The position numbers and the translations under genes were made by a program. From contig JBMOPD010000007.1 of assembly GCA_049323615.1 (NCBI GenBank), positions 39,232-71,231 of the forward strand: a DNA stretch of 32,000 nt, written 5' to 3'. Origin of the DNA: Bacillota bacterium (GTDB lineage: Bacteria; Bacillota; Desulfotomaculia; Desulfotomaculales; Desulfocucumaceae). Below the pieces are notes generated by a model that saw only the letters and a list, made by a program, of their open reading frames with translations, was not told where the DNA came from and did no database searches. Positions 1 to 8,847 of the stretch are shown here, one piece after another (within the stretch, counting starts at the first letter, position 1; each line of letters starts with the position of its first letter).

Positions 1-510
1 AAAGCCGAGGGAAGTCAGGATGGCCCCGGGGAATGCCAACAGGTAACGGGAAGCAATTTCGGCAACACCAAGCCATTCCGCTGGCGGAGTTGAGTCGGTC
101 GGGTACCTAAAGATAAAAATCCAGATCCACAAACCAAATAAAGAAGCAGGCAACCACCGCAACCATCGCGGCCAACCCCGGATGCTGACCAGGAGGGTAC
201 TGCCAAAAGTAAAAAGAAAAGCAAAAGAAACGGCAATCAGGATTGCATGACTGCCGTTTAATACAGCGCCCCTAAGAGTTTCCCATCCTCCCACTTCCAA
301 GCTGGGGGGAAAAAAAATATAAGCCCATTCAGCGATACCGTGGATTAGGCCAAAGCCAGCCAGAAACGGCAGGTGCCGGCCCAGGTGGAAGGTGCTGGGG
401 CGCCTGACATGAAAGGCAATACTAAAACCCATAAGAAAAAAGGCCAGGCCATAGATAAAAAAAACAAGAAACCAGTTATGACTTAAAAAACTCCGTACGG
501 CACCTTCCAA
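1..510 (-). CDS. Integral membrane protein, N-terminal part (3' end runs off the window); possibly the membrane module of a sensor protein
   Basis: Absent from the ORF track because there is no stop codon in the window. The reverse frame is open from position 1 up to TTG at 510-508, with GGGGGTG 6 nt upstream. The translation LEGAVRSFLSHNWFLVFFIYGLAFFLMGFSIAF..GLIHGIAEWAYIFF..AILIAVSFAFLFTFGSTLLV..LFGLWIWIFIF shows at least 5 hydrophobic helices. Confidence 0.5.
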   Translation of the reverse strand, partial: MEGAVRSFLSHNWFLVFFIYGLAFFLMGFSIAFHVRRPSTFHLGRHLPFLAGFGLIHGIAEWAYIFFPPSLEVGGWETLRGAVLNGSHAILIAVSFAFLFTFGSTLLVSIRGWPRWLRWLPASLFGLWIWIFIFRYPTDSTPPAEWLGVAEIASRYLLAFPGAILTSLGF

Positions 511-602
511 TGTCTTCACCCCCAAGATTTGCTTCTCCCGCTTCGATACTTGACCTATGAATCTTCGGCAGACAAATACCCCAGAGGCTGAAGTTTAACA
601 AT

Positions 603-631
603 AGTTTAGTCAAATCTGTATTTTCCGTCAA
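603..631 (-). promoter_or_regulatory. Candidate sigmaA-type promoter for the partial membrane-protein gene
   Basis: Minus strand reads TTGACG (631-626), a 17-nt spacer, then TAAACT (608-603), about 90 nt upstream of the TTG start. Confidence 0.3.
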
Positions 632-754
632 TTACCGGAGGCCAAGTTCTGTTATCGGACTTTGGTTCCTATGTCTAAAGGGCGCTGGTTGTTCATCTCT
701 CCCCACTTGCCCGGGGGCTTCCGACGAGGGCGTATCCGAACCTGGTGTTGTAAA

Positions 755-2353
755 TCAAAGGGATGCATCTGGGGCCGGGCCGCCCCCTTTGCTACCCTGG
801 TTCATCAGGTGGGCGTACCTGGCCTTTTCTTTCTGCCTGGCCTCCTCCACCTTTTTCCTGGAAAGCGGGAGAATAAGCGGAATGGTTAAAAAAGCGATCA
901 GGGCGCTGACCAGCAGGGCGTCCGCGATGCCCATGACCATGGCCTGCTTCTGCACCACCATGTTCATGTACCCCAGCGCCGCGGCGTCACCGTTTCCGGG
1001 ACCGGTAAAGGTGTTGGCCAGGGAATTGAGCCGGTGGTAGGTCTCCACCGCCGCCGGGGAAGTCCAGTTTACCCCGTCGGCCAGCCAGGCCGCGTGATAG
1101 ACCTGCCTGTTCAGCATGACATAGGTCATGTAGGCAATCCCCAGGGAGGCCGAGATCTGCCTGACCAGGTTGTTAATGGCCGATGCCTGGCCCACCAGCA
1201 GCGGCGGAATGGTGTTCATGCCGGCGGTGGATATGGGCATCATGCCCAGGCCCAGGCCAACCGCCCTCAGCACCAGCAGGATCTGCAGGGAACGGTAGCT
1301 GGTCTCCAGGGTGATAAAACTCAGCATGTAGGTGAAGAAGCCGGCTATGGCTATTCCCACCAGGCCCAGGGGCAGGGCGCCGATCTTGTCAAACAGCCGG
1401 CCGCTGATGGGCATCATAAAGCCGGTGACCAGGGCCATGGGCATTATTAAAAGGCCGGTCTGCATGGGGGTAAGTCCCTGCAGGCTCTGGCAATACAGGG
1501 GCACCAGGAATATGGCGGCAAACATGGCGATAGTTAAAAAACTGGTGGCGGCGATGCTGGCGCTGAAGACCGGGTTTTTAAAAAGCTTGATATCCAGCAT
1601 GGGATAGGGGACTTGCAGTTCCCAGAGGCAGAAAAGGAGCAGAAAAAAACCGGCCAGGGTAAACAGGGTGACTATATACTGGGAAGTCCAGCCCTCCTTT
1701 TGTCCCTGACTTAAAGCCAGCAGGAGGGAAAAAAGCCCGGCGCTGGACAGTATGCTGCCCAGAACATCAAATTTCAGGCCTTTAATCAACGGAGTCTCGT
1801 CAATCATGGCATATGAAAGAATAACGGCAATGATTCCCACCGGTATGTTGATGGTGAAAATAAGGTGCCAGCTGTAATGGTCCACCAGGTAACCGCCCAG
1901 GGTGGGACCGACGGCAGGGGCCATGGTGGCGGCAATGCCCCACATGCCCATGGCCATCCCCATTTTCTGCCGGGGTACCATCCTGAAAATAATGGACATG
2001 CTCAGTGGAATGAGCATTCCCCCGCCCAGGGCCTGGACCACCCGGAAAGCCACCAGGGAGTCGTTGTTCCAGGCTATACCGCAGAGGGCCGATCCCAGTG
2101 TGAAGGCTATCAGGGCATATATGTATACCCTCTTGTAGCCGAACCTGTCTCCCAGGTAGCCCGTGACGGGCACCACGACCCCGGAGGTAAGCAGGTAGGC
2201 CGTCATCACCCACTGGATATCGTCCGGGGTTACCCCGAAAATGGACATCAGCCTGGGCAGGGCCACATTGACAATGCTTCCGTCCAGTATGGCCATAAAA
2301 GCCCCGAACACCAGCACAAACAGTCCTGCCCAGGGAAAGGGGCGGTCATTCAT
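755..2353 (-). CDS. MFS drug efflux transporter, DHA2 (EmrB/QacA, 14-TMS) family
   Basis: 532 aa. The N-terminal motif MAILDGSIVNVALP is typical of DHA2, and the protein is hydrophobic throughout. Its ATGA start/stop overlaps the upstream HlyD gene at 2350-2353. Confidence 0.9.
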   Translation of the reverse strand: MNDRPFPWAGLFVLVFGAFMAILDGSIVNVALPRLMSIFGVTPDDIQWVMTAYLLTSGVVVPVTGYLGDRFGYKRVYIYALIAFTLGSALCGIAWNNDSLVAFRVVQALGGGMLIPLSMSIIFRMVPRQKMGMAMGMWGIAATMAPAVGPTLGGYLVDHYSWHLIFTINIPVGIIAVILSYAMIDETPLIKGLKFDVLGSILSSAGLFSLLLALSQGQKEGWTSQYIVTLFTLAGFFLLLFCLWELQVPYPMLDIKLFKNPVFSASIAATSFLTIAMFAAIFLVPLYCQSLQGLTPMQTGLLIMPMALVTGFMMPISGRLFDKIGALPLGLVGIAIAGFFTYMLSFITLETSYRSLQILLVLRAVGLGLGMMPISTAGMNTIPPLLVGQASAINNLVRQISASLGIAYMTYVMLNRQVYHAAWLADGVNWTSPAAVETYHRLNSLANTFTGPGNGDAAALGYMNMVVQKQAMVMGIADALLVSALIAFLTIPLILPLSRKKVEEARQKEKARYAHLMNQGSKGGGPAPDASL

Positions 2354-3021
2354 TAACCAACCACCTGCTTGATGTATATTTTTACAAAGGCGTTGGTGCC
2401 GTACAAAAACTGACGGCCTTTAAAATCTTTCACCACTATCTTGACCGGAATCCTCTGCACCACCTTGGTGAAGTTGCCGGATGTATTGGTGGCGGGAAGA
2501 AGTGAAAAGGTTGACAGGGACGCCTCGCCTATTTTCTCCACCCGGCCGGCAAATTTTTGGCCGGGTATGGCGTCCACCGTTACATCCACCTTTTGTCCGG
2601 GCCTGACTGAAGCAAGCTTTGTTTCTTCCACGTTGGCCGTTATATAAAGGCTGAAGGGGTCAATGATCATCAGCATGGTCTGGCCCGGCACGGCCATTTC
2701 CCCTGGATTGGCAATCTTTTTGATCACCACCCCGTCCGCCGGAGCCCTGGCCACCGCCAGGTCGGGGTTGGTTCCCGGCGGCAACAGGGTGTCGTCCAGC
2801 CTGACCAGCGCCTGGCCGGCCACAACCTTGTCTCCCTCTTCAACGTTGATACTGATTATCCTGCCTGACACCTGGGGGCTGACCCTGACAATGGCCCCGT
2901 CCACCCTGGCATCCTCGGTTTTTACATAATAGGCGTTGTTATACCAGTAATAAACGGTTATACCCAGCAGGGTGACCGCCATCAGCGCCAGGACTATATA
3001 TATTTTCTTCTTGTTATTCAC
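2353..3021 (-). CDS. HlyD-family membrane fusion protein, short EmrA-like form lacking the long coiled-coil hairpin
   Basis: 222 aa. It has an N-terminal TM anchor (IYIVLALMAVTLLGITVYYWY), then VDGAIVRVSPQVSGRIISINVEEGDKVVAGQALVRLD (lipoyl/barrel-sandwich motif). It is translationally coupled to both neighbours. Confidence 0.85.
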   Translation of the reverse strand: MNNKKKIYIVLALMAVTLLGITVYYWYNNAYYVKTEDARVDGAIVRVSPQVSGRIISINVEEGDKVVAGQALVRLDDTLLPPGTNPDLAVARAPADGVVIKKIANPGEMAVPGQTMLMIIDPFSLYITANVEETKLASVRPGQKVDVTVDAIPGQKFAGRVEKIGEASLSTFSLLPATNTSGNFTKVVQRIPVKIVVKDFKGRQFLYGTNAFVKIYIKQVVG

Positions 3022-4127
3022 GCAGCATCACCTTTTATTAATTTAACGGTCATTCCGTCCTCCAGCCTACCGCTGCTGTACACCACCAGGTCCTGCCCCT
3101 CGCTTATTCCGTCCCTGACCACGGCGAACTTGTCGCTTATTTTTTCAACCTGCACGGGCACTTTGGACACCTTGCCCTGGTTGTATATAAATACTGAATA
3201 ATTGCCATTTTCGTCCACCAGTGCGGTCCTGGAAATAACGAACCGCTTTACCGCTCCTCCATCGGTATACACCCGGGCGAACATTCCGGGCTTTACCGAC
3301 AGGTCGGCGCCCGCCAGCTGGAATTTTACCTGGTATCCCCTGGTGGCCGGGTCAACGGTATAAGATATGGTTTTAACCCCGGCCTCCAGCATCCTGTCCA
3401 CCGAATCCACATTCACGGCAACCTTCTGCCCCACTTTCAGGGAATTAACCTTTTTCTCATCCACGTAGGCCACCACCGCCACCCTGTCCAAATCGGCCAC
3501 AAAGAATACCGCCTTGGTGGGTGAACAGACCTCGCCGGGGTTGATATACCTGGCGGTGACCACCCCGTCTATGGGGGAGGTAATGACGCTGTTGGCGTAG
3601 TTGGCCTCCACCGACTGCAGGGCGGCCCTGGCCTGGGCAAGCTTGTGGGGAGCCGTTTCCTCGGCCTGGATCCTGGCCAGTTCGTAAGGCGCGGCATACT
3701 TGTTGTCAAAGTCGGCCTTTGAAAGGGCGCCGCTCTTGTACAGGGCCAACCCCCTCTCGTAGTTATCCCTGGCGGTGGCCAGGTCGATCCGGGCCTTTTT
3801 GACGCCGGCCTCGGCGTCTTTCACCGCCGCCATGTTTTGATCCCTGGCAGCCTCGATATCCGGCATGTCGATCCTCATCAGCACCTGTCCGGCCTTTACC
3901 CGGCTGCCCACTTCAACCGCGACCTCAGAGACCTTACCCCCTACCTTCGGCAAAACGGTTACCGAATCAAGAGCCTCAGTCTTCCCGGCAATATAATCGG
4001 TTCCGGCCGGAGTGCTGATCCTGACTTTTTCCGTGGCCACCTGTACGCCGGCCTCCCTGCCGACGCAGCCCTGAATAAAAAAAGATGCCAAAATCAGCAC
4101 CACCGGAATATACCGCCCCAGTTTCAT
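3018..4127 (-). CDS. Efflux periplasmic adaptor subunit (RND/MFP family) lipoprotein
   Basis: 369 aa. It has a signal peptide with lipobox FFIQGC, an MFP beta-barrel, and an alpha-hairpin segment (ARIDLATARDNYERGLALYKSGALSKADFD). Confidence 0.85.
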   Translation of the reverse strand: MKLGRYIPVVLILASFFIQGCVGREAGVQVATEKVRISTPAGTDYIAGKTEALDSVTVLPKVGGKVSEVAVEVGSRVKAGQVLMRIDMPDIEAARDQNMAAVKDAEAGVKKARIDLATARDNYERGLALYKSGALSKADFDNKYAAPYELARIQAEETAPHKLAQARAALQSVEANYANSVITSPIDGVVTARYINPGEVCSPTKAVFFVADLDRVAVVAYVDEKKVNSLKVGQKVAVNVDSVDRMLEAGVKTISYTVDPATRGYQVKFQLAGADLSVKPGMFARVYTDGGAVKRFVISRTALVDENGNYSVFIYNQGKVSKVPVQVEKISDKFAVVRDGISEGQDLVVYSSGRLEDGMTVKLIKGDAA

Positions 4128-4161
4128 GCATATGTCCCCTCCTGCCCTTACAACATTGTTA

Positions 4162-4190
4162 AGTATATGATTAAAAAATTAGGCTGTCAA
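4162..4190 (-). promoter_or_regulatory. SigmaA-type promoter P2 (TTGACA-17-TATACT) for the adaptor-HlyD-MFS unit
   Basis: Minus strand: TTGACA at 4190-4185, a 17-nt spacer, TATACT at 4167-4162. It sits in the 75-bp gap after the RND gene and is a paralogue of the promoter at 8776-8804. Confidence 0.55.
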
Positions 4191-4202
4191 TATGAAACCT
4201 CT

Positions 4203-7200
4203 CTATCCTATTCCGTCTACTGCTTTCCATGCCCGGTAGCGGTCCATGGCCCTGCGGCCCCAGTCGTCAAATATGGTATAAACCACCGGTACCACCACCA
4301 GGGTAAGGACGGTGGAGACCAGCAGCCCCCCGATAACCACCGTGGCCATGGGCGCCTGCATCTGGGTGCCCTCACCCATGCCCAGGGCCAGGGGAAGCAT
4401 GGCGAATATGGTGGTGGACGCAGTCATCAGTATGGGCCGCAGCCTTACCGGCCCGGCCTGGACAATGGCCTCGTCCCTGGGCAGTCCCCTGTTTTTCAGC
4501 TGCTTTATGTAGTCCACCAGCACGATGGCGTTGTTCACCACTATACCGCACATCATGATCAGCCCGATGAAGGCCGGGACGCTGAAGGGCCTGCCGGTCA
4601 GTACCAGGCTCAATACCACCCCGGTTATTGAAACCGGTATGGAGAACATGATCACGAAGGGGTAAAGAAGCGACTCAAACTGTCCGGCCATCACCATGTA
4701 AACCAGCAGTATGGCCAGTATCAGTGCCGGGCCCAGGTCTCCGAAGGACTCGGACATGTCCTGGCTCTGGCCGCCGATAATAAAGGTGTAACCGGGGGGA
4801 AGGGGGATGGCGTCCAGCTTTTGCTGAATGTCAGCAATAACGCTGCCCAGGTCGCGCCCCGTATAGTCCCCATATATATATGCCACCCTGGAGTTACCCG
4901 CTCTTTCCACGTTGCGAGGCCCCTCTCCCTCCACCATGTCCACCACTTCCGCGATGGGAATTTTTGCCCCGTTGGAGGCCGTGAAGCTCAGATTGGCCAG
5001 GGCGGCGGTATCCTTTCTTGACTCGGGGTCCAGTATCAGCCTGACGTCGGTCAGGGTCCCACCCTGGTCAATGCTGGTGACCACCTGCCCCTCGCCGGCG
5101 ACTTTGATGGCCGACGTCACCTGGGACGAAGAAATGCCGTAGTGGGCCAGCTTGTCCCGGTTAATCAGCATCTGCAGCTCCGGGCTGCCGGAGGTCATGC
5201 TCTGGGCCACGTGGGTGGTCCCGGGAACCTCTTCAACTGCTTTCTTCATTTGCCCGGCAAGATTTTTCAGGGTATCCAGGTCGTTGCCCTGCAGTGTAAT
5301 CTCTATGGCCCGTCCTGATACGGCCCGGCTCAACATATTGCCAGAACCGGAAGAAATTCTCACGTTCACCCCGGGGAAGCCCATCACCTTGGGGCGCAGA
5401 TCGTTTATAACTTCATCCGTGGACCGCCGGCGGTCATCCTTCAGCCTGACATTGAGCTGGCCCCGGTCGCCCCCGCTGGCGCCCATGGGGCCTCCCCCCC
5501 CGCCAACGCTGGTCAGCACCGACTCCACCTCGGGGACCTTCTGCACCTGCTTGCGAATTGCCTCCACCACCTTGCCGGTTTCCGAAAGGGTGGTGGCCAC
5601 CGGCATCTCGACACTGATGTTAATCTGCCCGGCGTCCTGGGCGGGCATGAACTCCATACCGATAAAGCGCACCAGCAGAAGGCTTGCAAAGGTAACCAGG
5701 GCTGCCGTGATAACTACCTTGGCCCTCCGGCCCAGGGACCATTTAAGCAGGCTGCGGTATTTTTCGTCCAGGGTGTGGTACCACAGCTCGCTTTTCCTGA
5801 AAATTTTATTCCACCAGCTTTTCCCGTCGCCCAGACCTTCCATCTGCCCCAGTATGCGTGAACAGATGAGAGGGACCAGGGTCAGCGCCACAAAAAGCGC
5901 CGCCAGCTGGGAAAAGGCCACGGTCAGGGCAAACTGCCTGAAAAGCTGGCCGGCGAGCCCCTTGACAAACACCATGGGCAGGAACACCACCGCCACTGTA
6001 AGGGCCGAGGCCGTAACGGCCATGCCCACCTCGGCCGCTCCCTTCCTGGCGGCCTCCTTCGGTTCCAGGCCCTGGTAGCGGTGGCGGTATATGCTCTCCA
6101 GCACCACTATGGCATAGTCCACCATGTGCCCCACGCCCAGGGAAAGCCCGGCCATGGACATCATGTTCAGGGTCATGTTGTTGAAATACATAAGTGAAAA
6201 TGTGGTGATCACCGCAAAGGGGATGGTGGTGGCGATAACCACCGTGGTGCGCAGGTTTCTTAAGAAAAGCAGCAGCACCAGCACCGCCAGGCCGCCCCCC
6301 AGAATAATGCTGCGGGTAATATCGTTTATCGAGTCCTTTACAGTCTTGGACTGGTCAAAAACAGTGGCAAACTCTATTTCGCCGGGAAGTTCCTTTTTAA
6401 GCCTGTCCATTTCCTGCTTGACCCGCTCGGCCACGTCCACGGTGTTGGAACCGCTCTGCTTGTTTATGGACATGCTGATGGCCGGCCTGTCGTTCAGGAG
6501 GGCGTAGCTGTTCACGGTGGCAAAGGTGTCCTCCACGTCGGCCAGGTCTCCCAGGCGGACGCTGCCTCCGCCGGGCAGCTGCACCGGCAGGGCCTTCAGC
6601 TCGTCTACTGTATTGTAGCGCCCCAGGGCCCTGACCACGTAGTCCTTTTGGCCCTTGCGCAACACCCCTCCGGACACGTCAACGTTTTCTCCCTGCATCG
6701 ACTGGGTCAGCTGCGCCACCGTTAGCCCGTACTGCTGGAGCCTGCCCGGATCGATACGCACCTGTACCTCCCGGGACAGTCCCCCCGCCACACTCACGCC
6801 GGCCACCCCCGGCACCCTCTCCAGGGCAGGCTGTATATTGTCCTCCACCATCTTCTTTAACGCGTACTGATCGCTGAGGCCCGACACGGCTACGGCCAGT
6901 ATGGGCATCATGGAGGTGTCGAACTTGTAAACGGCGAGGTTTTCCACCTCGTCGGGCAGCCTGCGCTTGTACATCTCAAGCCTGGCCCTGACGTCGGCCT
7001 GGGCGGTGTCCATGTTTGTGCCCCAGGCAAACTGGACCCTCACCTGGCACGACCCCACCCTGCTGTTGGAGGTTATCTTTTCCACGTTGCTGACCGTACC
7101 CACCGCGGCCTCGATTACCCGGGCCACGTCCTTTTCAACCTCTTCGGGGCCGGCCCCGGGATAAGAGGCTGAAACGGTGAGGGTGGGGTTGGTTATCTCC

Positions 7201-7313
7201 GGGAGCAGGTCGATGGAAAGATAGCTTAAGGCCGTGAATCCCAGTACCAGCAAGCCGACAATGACCATCACCATGGTCACCGGCCGCTCCACCGAAAAAT
7301 CGGTTATTTTCAT
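4203..7313 (-). CDS. RND-superfamily efflux permease (AcrB/AcrD/AcrF family)
   Basis: 1036 aa. The N-terminus RPVTMVMVIVGLLVLGF..LPEITNPTLTVSASYPGAGPEEVEKDV is the typical AcrB-family start. The layout is 12 TMS with two large extracytoplasmic loops. Confidence 0.95.
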   Translation of the reverse strand: MKITDFSVERPVTMVMVIVGLLVLGFTALSYLSIDLLPEITNPTLTVSASYPGAGPEEVEKDVARVIEAAVGTVSNVEKITSNSRVGSCQVRVQFAWGTNMDTAQADVRARLEMYKRRLPDEVENLAVYKFDTSMMPILAVAVSGLSDQYALKKMVEDNIQPALERVPGVAGVSVAGGLSREVQVRIDPGRLQQYGLTVAQLTQSMQGENVDVSGGVLRKGQKDYVVRALGRYNTVDELKALPVQLPGGGSVRLGDLADVEDTFATVNSYALLNDRPAISMSINKQSGSNTVDVAERVKQEMDRLKKELPGEIEFATVFDQSKTVKDSINDITRSIILGGGLAVLVLLLFLRNLRTTVVIATTIPFAVITTFSLMYFNNMTLNMMSMAGLSLGVGHMVDYAIVVLESIYRHRYQGLEPKEAARKGAAEVGMAVTASALTVAVVFLPMVFVKGLAGQLFRQFALTVAFSQLAALFVALTLVPLICSRILGQMEGLGDGKSWWNKIFRKSELWYHTLDEKYRSLLKWSLGRRAKVVITAALVTFASLLLVRFIGMEFMPAQDAGQINISVEMPVATTLSETGKVVEAIRKQVQKVPEVESVLTSVGGGGGPMGASGGDRGQLNVRLKDDRRRSTDEVINDLRPKVMGFPGVNVRISSGSGNMLSRAVSGRAIEITLQGNDLDTLKNLAGQMKKAVEEVPGTTHVAQSMTSGSPELQMLINRDKLAHYGISSSQVTSAIKVAGEGQVVTSIDQGGTLTDVRLILDPESRKDTAALANLSFTASNGAKIPIAEVVDMVEGEGPRNVERAGNSRVAYIYGDYTGRDLGSVIADIQQKLDAIPLPPGYTFIIGGQSQDMSESFGDLGPALILAILLVYMVMAGQFESLLYPFVIMFSIPVSITGVVLSLVLTGRPFSVPAFIGLIMMCGIVVNNAIVLVDYIKQLKNRGLPRDEAIVQAGPVRLRPILMTASTTIFAMLPLALGMGEGTQMQAPMATVVIGGLLVSTVLTLVVVPVVYTIFDDWGRRAMDRYRAWKAVDGIG

Positions 7314-8578
7314 CTGCCGCTACCTCCCGTGACCCCTTCCCCCGCCGGGGCGCCCTTGCCGCTTTCCCCTGCAGGGGGCTTTCCGGAGGCGCCCCCCGGG
7401 GGCTTCCCGCCTTCAGTGCCCGCCCCCTGGGCTCCGGGTTTTGCCTCTTGGGCGATCCTGACGGGCATGCCGTTGACAAGGGACTGCTGGCCCAGGGTCA
7501 CCACCAGGTCCCCGGGCTTCAAACCTTCCCCCGACACCTCTGTCTTATTGCCCTCGGCCACGCCGGTCTCCACTTTGCATTCCTTGGCCTTTCCGTTTTC
7601 CACCACAAACAGGTACTTGCCGTCGGGCCGGTTGATTACCGCGTCAACGGGCACCACCATGACATTCTTGCTCTCCATGACAGGAATCCGGGCCCTGGCG
7701 AACATGCCCTGCTTTATAAGACCGTCGGGGTTGGCCAGCTCAATCTCCACCGGGTAGCCCCTGGCTATGCTGTCCACCGCGGGGCTTGAGGCGATTATTT
7801 TTCCGGTGAAGGGTTCCTTTCTCACGTCCGGTATTTCCACGTCCACCTGCTGCCCGGCGGACAGCCTGTTTATGTGCTGGTCCCCCACAAATACCTTCAC
7901 CTTAACGGTGCTTATATCCACCACCCCCACGGCCTGGGTGGCGGTGGTCACATTCTGCCCCACCTCAACGCCGACGAAGGAAACAACGCCGTCTACGGGG
8001 GACCTGACCGTTGAACCTTCCAGCAGGCTCTGCTGGTAGTTCAGGCTGGCCTCGCTTTTGGCCACGGCGGCCTCATACTCTCCCGACATGGCCTGCTCGT
8101 ATTTAAGTTCCATTTCGTCGTATTTATCCTTGGAAACGGCCCCGGCCTCGTACAGCTTTTTGTAGTTGTCCAGGGCGTTTCGGTAATATTCCCTGTTTTT
8201 GCGGGCCATCTCCAGCCTGGCCCTGGACATGGCCAGGTCCGCCTCCTGGGTCCTGACCTGGGCGGAGATCTCAGACGTATCCAGGGTAAACAGCACGTCT
8301 CCCTTTTTCACCCGGTCGCCCATGCGCACCGCCACCGAGGCCACCCGGCCGGCCACCTTGGGCGCCAGCACCGCGGACCTGGCGGGCTGCACCTGGCCGT
8401 TGAAAAATTTAATGTCCCTTACATCGGCCACTGCCAGCGGGGAGGTGGCCACCGCCACGGCATTCACACCGGTGCCCGGACCTCCTTTACCGGCATTTCC
8501 GGACTTGCTCCCGCAGCCGGCTGAAACCATCAGGATAATTAAAAAAATTACGAAAAAAACAGGCCTTAATCTCATCAT
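7310..8578 (-). CDS. Efflux RND periplasmic adaptor subunit lipoprotein with a G/P/A/K-rich C-terminal tail
   Basis: 422 aa. It has the lipobox MVSAGC and MFP core motifs (VAGRVASVAVRMGDRVKKGDVLFTLD). A roughly 50-aa low-complexity tail is present. The stop overlaps the RND start. Confidence 0.9.
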   Translation of the reverse strand: MMRLRPVFFVIFLIILMVSAGCGSKSGNAGKGGPGTGVNAVAVATSPLAVADVRDIKFFNGQVQPARSAVLAPKVAGRVASVAVRMGDRVKKGDVLFTLDTSEISAQVRTQEADLAMSRARLEMARKNREYYRNALDNYKKLYEAGAVSKDKYDEMELKYEQAMSGEYEAAVAKSEASLNYQQSLLEGSTVRSPVDGVVSFVGVEVGQNVTTATQAVGVVDISTVKVKVFVGDQHINRLSAGQQVDVEIPDVRKEPFTGKIIASSPAVDSIARGYPVEIELANPDGLIKQGMFARARIPVMESKNVMVVPVDAVINRPDGKYLFVVENGKAKECKVETGVAEGNKTEVSGEGLKPGDLVVTLGQQSLVNGMPVRIAQEAKPGAQGAGTEGGKPPGGASGKPPAGESGKGAPAGEGVTGGSGR

Positions 8579-8775
8579 TCATCCTCCATCCATGTGGTCC
8601 GGAGTTTTATTACTCTTACCGGGTAATAAGCATGTCCGGCAGGCGGACATAGAAAAAGGACACCGGTCAACAACCCCCGGCATCCCATTTTCAGGTCTTT
8701 ATCCATCCCACGATAACGGCGGCATTTAAAGACACTCCTGCTTATAGTTAATCATTTAAAAGGTTTACATTGTTG

Positions 8776-8804
8776 AGTATATGACTAATTGGAATGACTG
8801 TCAA
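8776..8804 (-). promoter_or_regulatory. SigmaA-type promoter P1 (TTGACA-17-TATACT) for the adaptor-RND unit
   Basis: Minus strand: TTGACA at 8804-8799, a 17-nt spacer, TATACT at 8781-8776. This implies a 5' UTR of about 190 nt before the ATG at 8578. Confidence 0.55.
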
Positions 8805-8847
8805 TACTTAGTGAATAAAGAAAAGATCGGTCAATAAACCCGGCAGG

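Noticed and set aside
7135-7479. A 114-aa minus-strand ORF overlapping the adaptor/RND junction.
   Set aside because: It is an alternative frame across two well-supported, translationally coupled genes, and it reads an R/G/P-rich low-complexity sequence.
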